From the human T2T-CHM13v2.0 reference genome, Homo sapiens: a stretch of 64,000 nucleotides of DNA. The notes under the pieces were generated by a model. The model had not been told where the DNA came from and did no database searches. It saw only the letters and a program-made list of their open reading frames with translations. The stretch is from NCBI RefSeq assembly GCF_009914755.1, contig NC_060934.1; one strand, written 5' to 3'. The first letter of the stretch is position 1, and each line of letters begins with the position of its first letter. Below, in pieces: positions 37,382 through 52,567 of the stretch. The position numbers were made by a program, and so were the translations under genes.

Positions 37382-39239
37382 CCGAGCGGGTGAGCTTGGC
37401 CTTGCCTCCTTCCCTCACCTTCTACACGATACGGGAGGTGGGGGTAGGGGAACATCCCTGGAAGGCTCTTTTGTATACTATATAAGGTGTATTCATTTAT
37501 ATACAAATAGCCCCTGCCAGTGTCTTAAACTTTTGTGTGTGCAAAAATCATCCAAGGATCTTGTTAAAATGTGGATTCTCATTCATTAGATCTTGATGGG
37601 GCCTGATGAGATGAATCTTGATGAGATTGCACATTTAGAATAATCTTTTGGTAATGTTGACACTGCTTCAGGCATCAAGGTCTTAAACTACTTCCCCACA
37701 TCTAAGATCTAATCCTAGGGTTTTAAAGTTGCCTGCCAAACATGACTTGTAATCTTGTTTTATTTGCTTAAGAGCATTTTTCCATTTTATTTAAAGAAAT
37801 GAAAAATAGGGACACAAATAATATCCCCTTCTGATAGGCTGTTTTGGCTTTTCTTTTTCCCAGAGCATTGATAAGACATTTTAGAATGCACTGTCCACAT
37901 GCCACAGGCCTCACCAATCCCAGTGTTTTATGTCCTGCTATTTTCCGTGTTCCTGGCACTGCTCCTCTGATGCCAGGTCCCCTCTCCTTCTGCACCTGCC
38001 CTCTTCCAAAAACCCTCTTTCAGCCCCAAGCAGCTGTTGAAGTGTCTTTGAAGATCAGCCTAAATGTTAAGCCTGGCTTCTCTGCTGTCCAGCCTTGAGT
38101 AAGTTCATTAAGTTTTAGGATCTTGCAATTTCCTTGCCCATATTACAGGACCAACCTGTAATTAACCTGGATTAAGGGGATTAAGGAGATAACTCAGGTA
38201 AAAGCACTTGGCTCTTCACAGATGCTCCAGGAATGGCATAGAGCAGCCCAAGGTGTTGTGGCCTGGGTTTTCCACACTCAGGACTTCCTGGGGCCCTCAG
38301 GGTGAGTCCTACAAATCTCAGGGGCTCTACCCTCCGCACCTCATTCCCAGACCCTCAATTTCTGGAGGGAAGTTGAGGGGCAGCTTTCCCTTACCTTTGG
38401 CCTAGGGAATCTCAGGATCACATGCAATCACCTTGTTCCCAGGTGGCCACACCTGATTGCACAGACTGGGGAGGCCTGTCCAACAGGTTCATAGGAAAAT
38501 GCATAGGGGTTTCATGGTCCCTCACCATTCACTTGCTGTCAGAGAAAATCGGCCCCCGCACATTGGCACACCTGTTCGCAAGCCCAGCCATGAAAGCTCA
38601 CAGACACACAGTTGTATTCTTGTACCCATTTTGGGAATCAGAGGCTTCACATCTGCAGGCTTTGACTTCTCTCCCTTTCCCATCTCAGGCCAGAAATTGG
38701 GTGCAGCGCAGCGGTGGTATGGTTATTGTGATTATTGCCCTGGGGCGAATTCTGCAGAGGAGTGGGCAAAAGAATATGGAGGAACCAATTTATTAACCCC
38801 ATAGAAGCCCCAAGGTTTCCAGTGCCTGTGGGACTCCATTCAGCCTGGACTCTGCAAGACTGGCTTCTCTCCCTCCATGTAAAGTCGAGCAGGGGGATGG
38901 GATTGTCTGGGTGGGAGATGGGCTGAAGAAACAGATCTTTGGAAGGCCTGGAGTCTTTGCTTGCACTAAATGAGCAGAACCTTCAGTTCCAGGGAGGTGC
39001 CCCTAGCCATCCCTGAGCCTTCCGCCCTGGGGTGGGTTGTACTGTCCCCTCCACACAGCAGCCTGATGTCCTGGCTTGTCTTGGGGTGTCACCTCCAGAA
39101 GAAGCCAAGCACAAACGTTCACAGAGATCCACTGAGCTCCTGAGCTGCCAAGGGACACCTGCATGGAGGTGCCAGGCCATGCGCTGGAGACAGCCCGTAA
39201 GTGAGAAAAACTCGCTTCCCTCCAGCCTCACTGTGCCCA

Positions 39240-40460
39240 GGCCGCTCTGTGCCCTGCGGCAAGCTGGTGGGGGGCGGGGGGAGGGCTTGTTAGTAAATGA
39301 CCCAGAAGCGCCCCACCCCACACCCCACCACAAGGACTTGTCCGGGCCGGGCCGGGCTAGATGCCGAGATGTAATTCACCAGATTTGTGAAAAGACGAGA
39401 AATCTGCTCTCATTTTGAAGCGCAGCCCCGCCGGCATCCAGGAGGCCGAATATAAACCTCTTCCGGAGGGCAGGGACATCTTGCACCGTCGCCCTCCAAA
39501 TCTGGCCCTCTAGGGTGTGGAAGGGCGCGGCAGGGGTGCAGGGAAAAACACACAGCCCGTAGCCATCTGTTTGGCTCTGACGAGTCCCCAGACTCGAGCC
39601 TCCAGTCAGCTCGGACTCCAGACCAGGGCTCCGCGAGGGGTGGTGCGACTCTAACCCCACGGTCGCCACAGCAGCTGGAGAATTCGGCCAAACCTGACTC
39701 TTTCTCCAGGGGCGAGGGCTCCGCCAGACCGCGTGGACAAGGAACCGGCCCCGCCGCGCTTTCCTGGACTGCGGAGGCGGCCTGAGTGGTGGTGTCCCCG
39801 TCCCTGGCAGAGAGGGGCTGTCTCTTGATTCCTGAGCTTCAGGGCCACATGTCTCAGGCGGGTTGAGCCTCGATGATGTCTGCCGTGGGGTTCGCTTGTG
39901 GACGATCCCTTCCTGGGACCCCAGACCCGGGCCACGGCCTCCAGGACGCCTGGGTCTTGCACCCCTTGCTTTTCCCGACGGGCTCCCGGAGTCTCATTTC
40001 TAGAATGAGGTGGGAGACCTCGAGACTACGCGGAGGCCGCCCCAGGGCTCCGAGGGCACCGCACAGGGCACCAGGCCCTTCCCAGCTCAACCCGGGCCCG
40101 TCGCGGTAGTGAATTGGCGCCTGACGATTGCGCGGCAGAGGCTGGCGAGCAGCGCTTGGCTGAAGCCGACCCGGCACCGCGCGGCGCCCGGATCCGGAGC
40201 TGCCAGCAGCAGAAGGGCAGGCGCTAGGAAAAGCGTGAAAAGGGCTGGGTCCTTTGAGTCAGGATTTGCCCTGCGACCGGAGGATGGGGCGCACGATTCC
40301 AAGGCGCGGACTTCGAAGGCGAGAACCTGGAAGGGGAAACACACACTCCCCCTGCCATCCCCCTGGAGTTCTCTTGCCCAGCTCGCAGCCTCCCTGAAGG
40401 ATCGGGGCAAGGGCAAGGCCACGAGAGCTCAGGTGCTGTTAATTTCCGTTGAGGAGAAGC
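39240..40460. promoter_or_regulatory. Orphan CpG island about 8 kb downstream of TLX1
   Basis: Dense CpG in unique sequence. Confidence 0.8.
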
Positions 40461-41628
40461 ACCCTGGGGTCCCTGTCACTTGGAAATTCCCTGTGGCAGT
40501 GCTGTAAGCTTCATCACAGTCGGCCCTGCAACTCCCTCTGCACATCTTTGGAATCTCCAGGAGTTATGGGGCGGGGCGAGGAGCTAACCCAGCCCTGGCT
40601 CCTCCTCCCCAGGGAGCCGAAACTTCTATACTTCTCTGACTTTATGGTCCTTGGAGGCAGGGTAGGGGTTCAGGGGACTGATTCCTTTGGATTTCTGGGC
40701 GACTGGTCTGGCAAGTCAATAACCACCCCAGTTGTCCTGACAAACGGGTCTGCTTTGTGATCAGAGTCCATAAAATGGGCCTGTAGGAAACAGTGTCCCC
40801 TCCAACCAATACGGAGCCAGAAGCCCTCTCCTCTGTATAAGGTTTAGAGAGTGCTTCTCCACCCTGGACTGCAGGGAATACTCTCCTCCCTTGAGTCTTT
40901 GATTTTCTGCAGTCCCTCAGTGTGTGGAGTCTGAGTCCAGCTAACCCGAGAAGAAAAATGCACTGATTCCAGGGATATTCGGTAGTTTACAGGATCAATA
41001 GGAAGGCTGAGGAATTAAGGAACATCAGTTTCAGGAAACACAGGAATGCTTCGTTAAGGCACTGCTGCTAGCACCACATGCTGCTAGACTCCGGCATGAA
41101 CATCACTGAGAGTAATTTCCCAACTTTTCCTCCATCTTCACTTCACTCCCTCAAGATTCAAAACTCATGGAGTATCATTTAACGACACTAAGAGTAGGAC
41201 ATGTGTCCAGGCACTAGTTGTCAGAGATGGGAGGGAAGAGCATAGTCCCTTAGACTTCCATATTAAAAGCTAAAACTGTTCCACCAATATTTACCCTGTT
41301 TGAGGACAGTCTCCCTATCAGGAAGTGTTCAGATGCTAGGTTAAAAAAGGGTGGGGGGACCCAATCGAGGGGACCCACCCCTTTGGCTGCCCAATATCCA
41401 CATATGCCTTTCTTCCTAAATTTACAGGCTTTTCCTCCACAAAATGCTCCCACCTAACATGTTACTGTCACTCATGACAGAAAATATATTCAACTTTCCT
41501 GACAATCCAAAGCCTCATAGCTCTAAGTTCAATACCTTTGTTCTCTTCCTTCTCTAGTTCTGTTGGAATCTGGTCTCAATATTGTGCAACTTGTGGATTA
41601 GACTAAATTGTAAAGCTAATAATCATCA

Positions 41629-42041
<413 letters not shown>

Positions 42042-42684
42042 TCAGGACGTAAAAACCATTGTCTTTTTTTTGCATATTTCGTATTCATGACATTCCTCCT
42101 CCCTTTTCCATTCTGTTTCTTTTGCCTTCAGGCAGCACCTGGGCTGGTTTGGGTTCTTTATCCTGGAGAGAGCCAAGCCTTTGTTCCTGAGGGATCTGAG
42201 CCCTTGATGGTCCTGCCTAGAAAGGGCTGTCGTGGTCTTCCATTAACTTTTACCCCTGGACATAACAGCACTACAAGGGACCCCAAGGGAGCCCTGTGAT
42301 TCCATGAATACTCCTTTTTGCCCCATTGTATAGGAAAACATTCTACTTGAACTTGCTACCGCTCTAGCCAATTCCATAGTCTCCTTTAACCTTGCTCATC
42401 CATTGACAGGAGCAACCAGAAGTGACCAGGTAAGAATTTATGCTCCCATTTCAGTGAAAACATTGTTTCTCTTGGTGGGAACTTTCTTCTCTTGGGGACT
42501 CTAACTCTAATATAGTAGAAACAAGAGTCACAGAAAGTGAGGGTGTCACTGGGGACTTGTAGAAGGTATTGCCCTCTCTTTTTGGGGTCATACAATCAGG
42601 CTATGGGGGAAATAGCAGCAAATATTAAGTACCAGCTCATAGCATATGTTTCATCCTGAAGTACTGCACCACACTACCGTAAAG

Positions 42685-43010
42685 GACAAACCAGGCTGTT
42701 CTAATAACACAGAATACAGTGGCTCAAACAAGATATAAATTATTTTTTCTCTTGCATCCAGGAAAGACAGATAGCTCTGCTCTGTGAAGGCATCGGGAGG
42801 CCCAGGCTAGTGAGGAAGCTTTGCCATTCTCCGCAGCCACCTTCCAAACTTGTGTCAATCCTTGACAGAAGAAGGAAAGGGGGCAGCAACTCCAAGGCAA
42901 GCTCTTTAAGAAGATGACTGCAAAGTTGTGCATATTTCACTTACATTCCTTTGAGAAGAGCTAGCTGCAAGGGAGGCTGGGAAATGTAGGCTCTAGGTGA
43001 ATCTAGTGGA
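42685..43010. mobile_element. MaLR (MLT1-type) LTR fragment
   Basis: cagtggctcaaacaagatataaattatttttctct...tagctgcaagggaggctgggaaatgtag hallmark motifs. Confidence 0.7.
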
Positions 43011-43348
43011 TATTAGCCCATTGTTAAAACTGCAAAATGTATTCTTGTCAACGGCAATGTTGTGTGGAAAACTAGACAATTATAAGGCCTTGAATGAATG
43101 TATTAGCTGAAGCTTGACGCTCAGAAAAGGCATATACAAGCCTACCACCAGATACCTCATTGGTGCCGCTGGCGTTATGGTATAGAGGCACCAGTGAGGT
43201 ATCTTGTGGTAAGTTTCTACACAGTAGGGGCCTTGAAGCTGATCCCAGTTGCTGGCAAATTGGTTAATTTTGCAGTAAGCTTAGACTTGGAAGATGTTGA
43301 GTTTATGCACAGCTTTCTTTCTTCTTGATCTTTGGCCCATTTATTTAA

Positions 43349-43900
<552 letters not shown>

Positions 43901-44026
43901 TGACCAAAGTATTTTTCAAGTTTTTTGAGAAGGAGACATCTTCTGGGATCCTTTCCAGAGACATTGTGGCTGGGTGAAGTGGCCCATGATAAATCCTCTC
44001 CAGTGTTCCTGTCTTCAGAAATTTTC

Positions 44027-44392
<366 letters not shown>

Positions 44393-45204
44393 TCAGGCTG
44401 ATTTTAATGATGTAAGGGCACTTATCAAAGACTCTGAAGTTGGTGTTTTAGTTTGAGCACCTGGGAGTCCAGGTTTCTTTCATTTATCTGCTCCTTCAAA
44501 CAGAACCACCTCCAGATGCTAGAACCAATCTTAGACTCTTTGGCAGGTGCTCCTACATATGAAATTCAGTGAAAATTAAAATTTGTCGCCTTCCCCGTTC
44601 CTGTTTTAAAGACCTGAATTGTTTTGATATGGGGGACTTTTCTTCTCAGGCTTGCTTTTCCAGTTGGCACGCTGGGATTTGGTAAGTCTGAAGAACATGT
44701 TGGGTTGGAGGGTGGGGCATGAGGATAAATGATGTCCCCTTGCAAGGGCACTCCAGAAAAAGTCACAGCCTTATCAGACAAGCGAAGAGCATTGTCCGAC
44801 ATGGGGAGAAGTTGCATAAGCTTGTAAGGGAAGCTCAGTGACAGGGGGGCCTGAGTTAGTCTGAATCTTCTGGACATCCCTTATATATCCCCAGCCCAAC
44901 TCTCGAGGTCCTGCTTTTTTCTAATCCATGTTCTAATTTGATAGGACTGTGATTTGTCTAACATTTAGTCCAAGAGCCATTAGGGTCAGATTTCAAGATT
45001 GGTTTTCATTTACGTCAGCCCTGATGCTACAAGAGATAAGGTCTAGTTTCAGCCATGATTGAAAGTCCATGGGTTTAATTCATTACTTTGAGCTAATGTA
45101 GAGTTTGAGCTTGTTATCCAATTTCTATAAGCTGTCCTATAGCATTAGAAGCAGCACTCTAATCCAAGATGGTCTCCCAAAGCGTGGTCCTCAGTGGACA
45201 TGTC

Positions 45205-45515
45205 GTTTTATTTTACCTATTTATTTATTTAGAGACAAAGTCTAGCTCTCTCAACCAGGCTGGGGTGCAGTGGAGTGCAGTAGCATGATTACAGCTCAGT
45301 AAATCCTTGAACTCCTGGGCTCAAGGGATCCTCCTGCCTCAGCCTTGTGTCTGTAGCCTGGGACTACAGGCATGCGCCACTACACCCAGCTAATTTTTTA
45401 GAAAATTTTATTTGTAGAAACAGAGTCTCACCATCTTGCCCAGGCTGGTCTCAGACTCCTGGGCTCAGACTCCTGCCTCAGCCTCCCGGGATGCTGGGAT
45501 TAAAGGCACCCAGCC
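45205..45515 (-). mobile_element. Alu (J-type, diverged)
   Basis: Reverse Alu consensus. Confidence 0.85.
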
Positions 45516-46151
45516 AGGTTTTCATCCTATGGAATAAGCTACCAAATTCCCATTCTTGAATCCCAGTAGACCTACAGCCCTAACTAAGCCAAATAACCAA
45601 TTCCAATTTCCCCCATTTCTCTGATAATCTTTCACCTGGTATCGTTTTTCTGGTATAGTTTTTATGCTAGTTAGAATTCTTGGCAGTAAGCACAAAAAGT
45701 ATTAATCTTGGCTTACCTAAAGATAAAAGAGAAAGGGAGTTTTGGGGAAAGATTTTAAGTAGCTCATAGAATCTAAATGCCAAAGAATCGCTGTGCAGAA
45801 CTGGGAAGGCAGCAAATACAGCCAAGGTCAAATCACAAGAACATCCTGGCTAGGAGTCTCCACTGGTGTCTCTGCCACTGAGCACTCAGTGTTGCTGGCA
45901 CTGTGATCCCAACCCCATTGCCCCCATGTTGAATGATATTTTTGGCTGTCCCTGTGTTTTTGAGTCATCCTGGGCAGGATCACGCATTGGCTCAACTTGG
46001 GTCATGTGTCCATAAGCTGCTGCTGATGGGGTGGAGAGAGGAAACCCTGGGCCTTTTCCTTCTGTGGTGGCCGATGAGATTCTCCCTCCCTCCAAGACAC
46101 ACAACGCGGGAGATTCTTCCTGGATGGTAAGGGTGTTTAGATGTGAAGCGG

Positions 46152-46152
<1 letters not shown>

Positions 46153-46192
<40 letters not shown>
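46153..46192. repeat. (CA)20 microsatellite
   Basis: Direct reading. Confidence 0.95.
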
Positions 46193-46193
<1 letters not shown>

Positions 46194-46631
46194 CTGTTCA
46201 CTACAGTTGGGGACTTCCTGGCTTTCCTTTCTTTCTCCATACAGCCTAGAACCCCTCACCTGTCCTTTCATCCAACTCATGCCCCAATAGACCCCGGTGG
46301 AGCCACATCACCACCTCACGTTTTCTCTTGGTCAAGTCACAGAGCACTGCTGGAGAAATTCACACAGGGGCAGGACAGGTAAACCCATGGGGTCCAGCTT
46401 TTGTTGAACCTCACCAGGGCTTAGAAACCCTTTTAAGTCAAATATCATAATATTAACTCTAAAAACCAAGAACCTTTTTGTACATGGCTAAAATTCAGAA
46501 TAGTAACTTAATAGCATCTAGTATCCAGCCCACATTCAAACCTGTTCCCCAAATCTTGTGAAAGAGATCTTTCTGTAAGGCAAATATAATTATATCACTT
46601 CATTCATTAAAGTATTATAATATATAAATAT

Positions 46632-46970
46632 TGCCGGACTCAGTGGCTCACACCTATAATCCCATCTCTTTGGGAGGCCAAGGCAGGTGGATCACTTGAG
46701 GTCAAGGGTTCAAGATCAGCCTGGCCAACATGGTGAAACCCTGTATCTACTAAAAAAAAAAAAAAAAAAAAAAAGAAAAACACAAAAATATAGCTGGGCC
46801 TGGTGGTGGGTGCCTGTAATTCCAGCTACTTGGGAGGCTGAGGCAGGAGAATCACTTGGGAGGCTGAGGCAGGAGAATCGCTTCACCAGGAGATGAAGTT
46901 TGCAGTGAACGGAGATTGTGCCACTGCACTCCAGCATGGGTAACAGAGCAAGACTCCATCTCAAAAAAAT
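46632..46970 (+). mobile_element. Alu (S-type) with internal 26-bp duplication and 18-bp TSD
   Basis: TSD tattataatatataaata at 46613-46630 and 46971-46988. Confidence 0.95.
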
Positions 46971-47117
46971 TATTATAATATATAAATACTGTAAAATATG
47001 CAAATGCAAACAGTACAAAGTGGTTTGGAGTCAAAACAGGGATCACCCTTTTTCTACTCTCCCTTTTATTCTCCCCTCTTCTTTCTGGTTCAGGCTGCCT
47101 CCCAAGAAGTGCCAATT

Positions 47118-47432
47118 GTTTTTTTGTTTGTTTGTTTGTGTTTTTTTTGACATGGAGTCTGGCTCTGTCACCCAGGCTGGAGTGCAGTGGCGCAATCTTG
47201 GCTCACTGCCGCCTCTGCCTCCTGGATTCTAAGCGATTCTCCTGCCTTAGCCTCCTGCACAGCTGGGGTTACAGATGCCCACTACCATGCCCAGCTAATT
47301 TTGTATTTTTAGTAGAGACGGGGTTTCATCATGTTGACCAGGCTGGTCTCAAACTCCTGACCTCAAGGTGAGCTACCCTCCTCAGCCTCCCAAATTGTTG
47401 GGATTACAGGTGTGAGCCACCGTACCCGGCCC
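47118..47432 (-). mobile_element. Alu (S-type)
   Basis: Reverse Alu consensus. Confidence 0.95.
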
Positions 47433-47867
47433 CAGTTGTTAATTTCATGCATTTTTCTCCCAGTCATCTCCCAGACATTCACATGCATGTACATATGCAG
47501 GTATAACCTTAACACAGAGTACAAAGGGATCACCCTATACACAGTCTCATGTGACTTGTGCCTTTCATTTGATGACCTATCTTTCATGTCTTTCCATGTG
47601 AGTAAAGATAAAAATCCTTTGGTGGCCCCTGTCTTCCTCTCTCACCTCGAGTTCTGTGTCTACCCAAGTGCACTGTACCCTCTCATAACTCCTTGGCCAT
47701 GTACATGTCATTTCCTCTGTCTGGAATAGCTTCTCTTTTATGGGACCCATGAATTCTTACTCATCTGCTGTAAAAGCTTTCCTGTGCTTGGGGCCAAATT
47801 AGGCTTTCTTCCCAGCTCCCAAAATGCCCATTCCTCTCATCATACTTATCATGGAGTTGTTAGTTAG

Positions 47868-48371
<504 letters not shown>

Positions 48372-48544
48372 TGAGTGCTCTTTTTTTTTTTCCTGTTTGC
48401 CATTGAAATATGAATGCTTATTTACTTGTCTTCTTCTCCCACTAAACTTCAAGCTTCTGGAGGCCACCTGCTGAGTTATAACCAGCTTTGTCCCAGCATC
48501 TACCTCAGGGCAAAGTCAGAGTGGTTCTTAATCAAGGATTTTTG

Positions 48545-48867
<323 letters not shown>

Positions 48868-49499
48868 CTATCATCCACAGAGATCAAGGTCATCTTGGGG
48901 GGTTAGAAATGTAGGGACATAGCCCTCCTCACATTATTTGGTCATCAGGACACCAGGAGACAAGACTTGGAAAAAACCTGAAGTCTGAGATTCTCCAAAG
49001 CTGATTGACATTAAGGGAGATCCTCTGAGCTAAAATGAGCCAAGACTCTCTCCACTGGGACCTGTTGGATGAGGAAAGGAATGTTGACAAGTACAGTGAG
49101 GGACAAGGATAATAATGACCCCAAGCCCACCAGCCTGGCCTTGGCATTTCAGGGGCAGGCAGTGAGAATTACTGAACACTAGTTTTACCTGGAAAACAAG
49201 GTCACATTAAAAAAATTATATAGAGAGAAATTTTTTGTTTTCCAACTGCTCCCTGCAGAGCAAGGCTACCCTATAGGCAGTGTGCCCAGAGTTGCCACAC
49301 AGTCATATTTGGGCCAAAACAGGTAAGACACCTCTACGGTAGATGGGGTAGGGAAGCTCCTTCCTCTTCAGACAGTCAGGCTGGGGCTAGGGAAGATGGG
49401 GGTGGTGGTGGGTGTGGCTAGCTGGGCTGAGTTGATGGAATTCTGGAAAGGAGGATAGATAGAACCTCCACTATTGCTTGGAATGTGCAGGAAATACCG

Positions 49500-50030
49500 T
49501 GAATTGGTCCACTCAGCATTCATCCAACCTTCTTCTGGTATGCATTCCTGTACTGCAGGGGCTAGAAAGCTAAAAATTACATTCCCCAGTCTTCCTTGCA
49601 GCTAGAGTGCCAGATGTGACTTTTAGGTTGCACTCATAAGACATATTTATGCAAGGCTTAGATTCAGGGCTCAGTTAACTGGAGAGAGGAGTACAGCACG
49701 AAGCATCATTTAATACATGGTAACATACCCCTTCCTGTCTAGCTACATGGTCTCTGCTGCCTTCACTGAAACCCTCACTGATACATGGGGTAGCTCCTTA
49801 GCCACCTCCTCCTCCTTTCATGGGGTATTTTCCAGGTTTGTCTGCAGTGGCTTCTTTTTGCTGCTCTTGAGTGTGGAAGTTCCCTCCTCTATGGGGAGAG
49901 CTCTGGGAAGCCTCAATTTGGTTTTTGTCTGGCTCAGCCACCCTCACGACTCCCACATCTGTGTTCACCTTCATTCCTGCCATGTTCCATCCAAGCTGTG
50001 GACATCTGGTCACAGAGACTTCCTTGACTG
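49500..50030. mobile_element. Old ERV-L-type LTR (LTR33/LTR16-like)
   Basis: gctagaaagctaaaaattacattccccagtcttccttgcagctagagtg...atgtgact motif. Confidence 0.55.
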
Positions 50031-50077
50031 AGGGATGTCCTGTCCTTGCAAGTCTGGGTCCACGTGGGGAGTTGTGA

Positions 50078-50242
<165 letters not shown>

Positions 50243-50254
50243 TAAGTTCTGAGA

Positions 50255-50400
50255 GTCAGTATGGTGGGTGGAAGTCAGGCCGACTTCACTCAGCTGGCCT
50301 GGGTCCACTCCTAACTCTTCTGCCTAGTGACTGTCTGGCCTTGGACAAGTGACTTGCCTTTCTGTGCCTCAGTTTCCTCATCAGTAAAATAGTGACCGTA
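50255..50400 (+). mobile_element. MIR
   Basis: ttggacaagtgacttgcctttctgtgcctcagtttcctcatcagtaaaat core. Confidence 0.85.
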
Positions 50401-51229
50401 AATAATAATAACATAATGATAGAATTATATAAATATGTAATAATAATAATAAAACGGTGCAGATTGTTGTAAAAGTTGGTATTGCATGTAGGTTCTTGCT
50501 ATCAGGGTAGCCACAGACTTCGATGGGTCTGGTGAGGGAATGTCTCAGGATTTTCCCCCGTTTCTGTTCCTGGGGTCTGACCGGAGGATCCCCAGGCCTC
50601 CCAAGTAGTGAATTATCCTCCTTACCCCCTCATTTCTACACTCTCAGATTTTCCTTGTCTGGAACATTTTAAGCAAACTGATGCTTTGACAAATACTTCC
50701 TGAATGCCTACTACGTGCCAGGCATTGTACTGAGTACCAAGGATGCAATTCAAATTAATAAAATCAAGCTTTTGTCCACCTGCCAGCCACCATATTACAC
50801 GAAGATGCTGGAAGGGTTTCATGGATTTGGACGGTATGATGGTGTAACCGAAAACAGTTATATGACATGAATAAAACTCATTTTGGGGGATCCCTGGGGA
50901 GATACCTTAAAGAGATGGGAAGTCATCCTCCAGAGTGACCCAAACTGACATACGACAGGTCTGTATGTCCACCCATGGGGCATGTTATGTCTCACCTACA
51001 GAGGGGCAGTAGATAGAGAAAGCAACGGTGGCTTAAAATGCAAACCCCAAACCAAAAGTTGTAAGGGAAGCTGCTCTGCTTTGCAGGTGCTGATTTGCTA
51101 TCTAGCAGCTTTTCAAGGGAACTTCTATGTGTGGAGCTCCAGGGTGATTGACACCAGGATTAGGGTTCTGGTGAAGGCCACTAGTGATGAATAAGATTTG
51201 GTCTTCCAAGAATTCGGGAAAGGAACACC

Positions 51230-51786
51230 CTTCCATTATCTCCTGCTGCATAGCAAATCACTCTAAAAGTTAGCAGCTTAAAACAACAAACATTTATTTT
51301 CTCACAGTGTCTGTGAGTCAGGAATCTTGGGGCCGCCTAGCTGGGTGTCTCTGCCTCCAGATCTCTCAAGGATATGATCAAGGTTTCAACTGGGACTGCA
51401 GTTTCATCTAAGGCTTGACTAAGGAAGCATCTACTTCCAAGTTCATTTACATGGTTGCTAGCAGGATTCAGTTTCTCAGTTTCTCACTGGCCGTGAGCTG
51501 GTGGCCTCACCCAGTTCCTTGCCATGTGAATCTCCCAATAGGGCAGCTCACAGCATGGCAAATGCTTCAGAGCATGTACTCAAGAGAGGCTGAGAAAACA
51601 AGCAAGATAGAAGTCCTGTCTTTAAGTCACCTAATCTCCAAAGTCACATCTTATCACTTCTGCCATTCATTCTCAGCAAGTCTCTGGGTACAGCCCACGC
51701 TCGAGTGGAGGAGATTTCACAAGGGCTTGGGAATTCCACAGCAACCAGGGGTCACGGGGGGTCATCTCAGAGACTGCCTACCACAC
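51230..51786 (-). mobile_element. MaLR MLT1-type solo LTR
   Basis: gcttaaaacaacaaacatttattttctcacagtgtctgtgagtcaggaat...catctcagagactgcctaccaca. Confidence 0.85.
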
Positions 51787-52087
51787 CCCTCACCTATGGG
51801 AGCCCCAGCAGCAGGGGCAACTCCTTCCTTTCCCCATCTCCACCCCCACTTTCTCCCCTAGGACTCTGCCCAGGCAAGCCACAGCCTGGCTGCCTTTCCC
51901 GAGTGAGGATCCAGGACAGCCTCAGAAGCACATTAGTCTCAGAAGACAGAGACCCAGAACTCAGAAGCCCCGCCTCATGGAATGCATAGATGTACTGGGT
52001 CTGGCCATTGTCCTTGGCTAACAGACATGCTAGGTATGGAGGAGAACCTGGGGCCAGACTAGAGCCTGGGGACATTGTCTGTCTTAG

Positions 52088-52567
52088 TGAGGAAGGAGAC
52101 AGGACTCAACTCTGGAGGCAGGGCTTGGACACTGGACCAAATTGAGGACTAGCTAAAACAGGGTCAGGGCAGAAGCACCTTTCCATAAGACACACCCACC
52201 AGTGTTGCCATGGCAACACCCAGAAGTTACCACCTCTTTCTGTAGCAACCACCCAGTGACCCAGAAGTTAACATTCTTTTTCTAGAAATTTCTGCAGAAC
52301 TCACCACTTAATTTGCATATAGTTAAAAGCGGGGACAAATATGACTGCAGAGCTGCCTCTGAGCTGCCACTCTGGGCACACTGCCTATGGGGTAGCCATG
52401 GTCTGCAAGGGGCAGTACCTCTCCTGCTGCTGTACATTGCCATCTCAATAACAGTTGCTGTCTAATGCTATCTAACACTACTGGCTCACCCTTGAATTCT
52501 TTGCTCTGCAAAGCCAAGAACCCTCCTAGGCTAAGCCCCAAGTTTGGGGTTCACATGCCTTGCATCA
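52088..52567 (+). mobile_element. ERV1 (MER4/MER41-related) solo LTR, 480 bp
   Basis: TG...CA termini; near 4-bp TSD ttag/ctag; ctctgggcacactgcctatggggtagcc and gccaagaaccctcctaggctaagcccca motifs. Confidence 0.85.
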
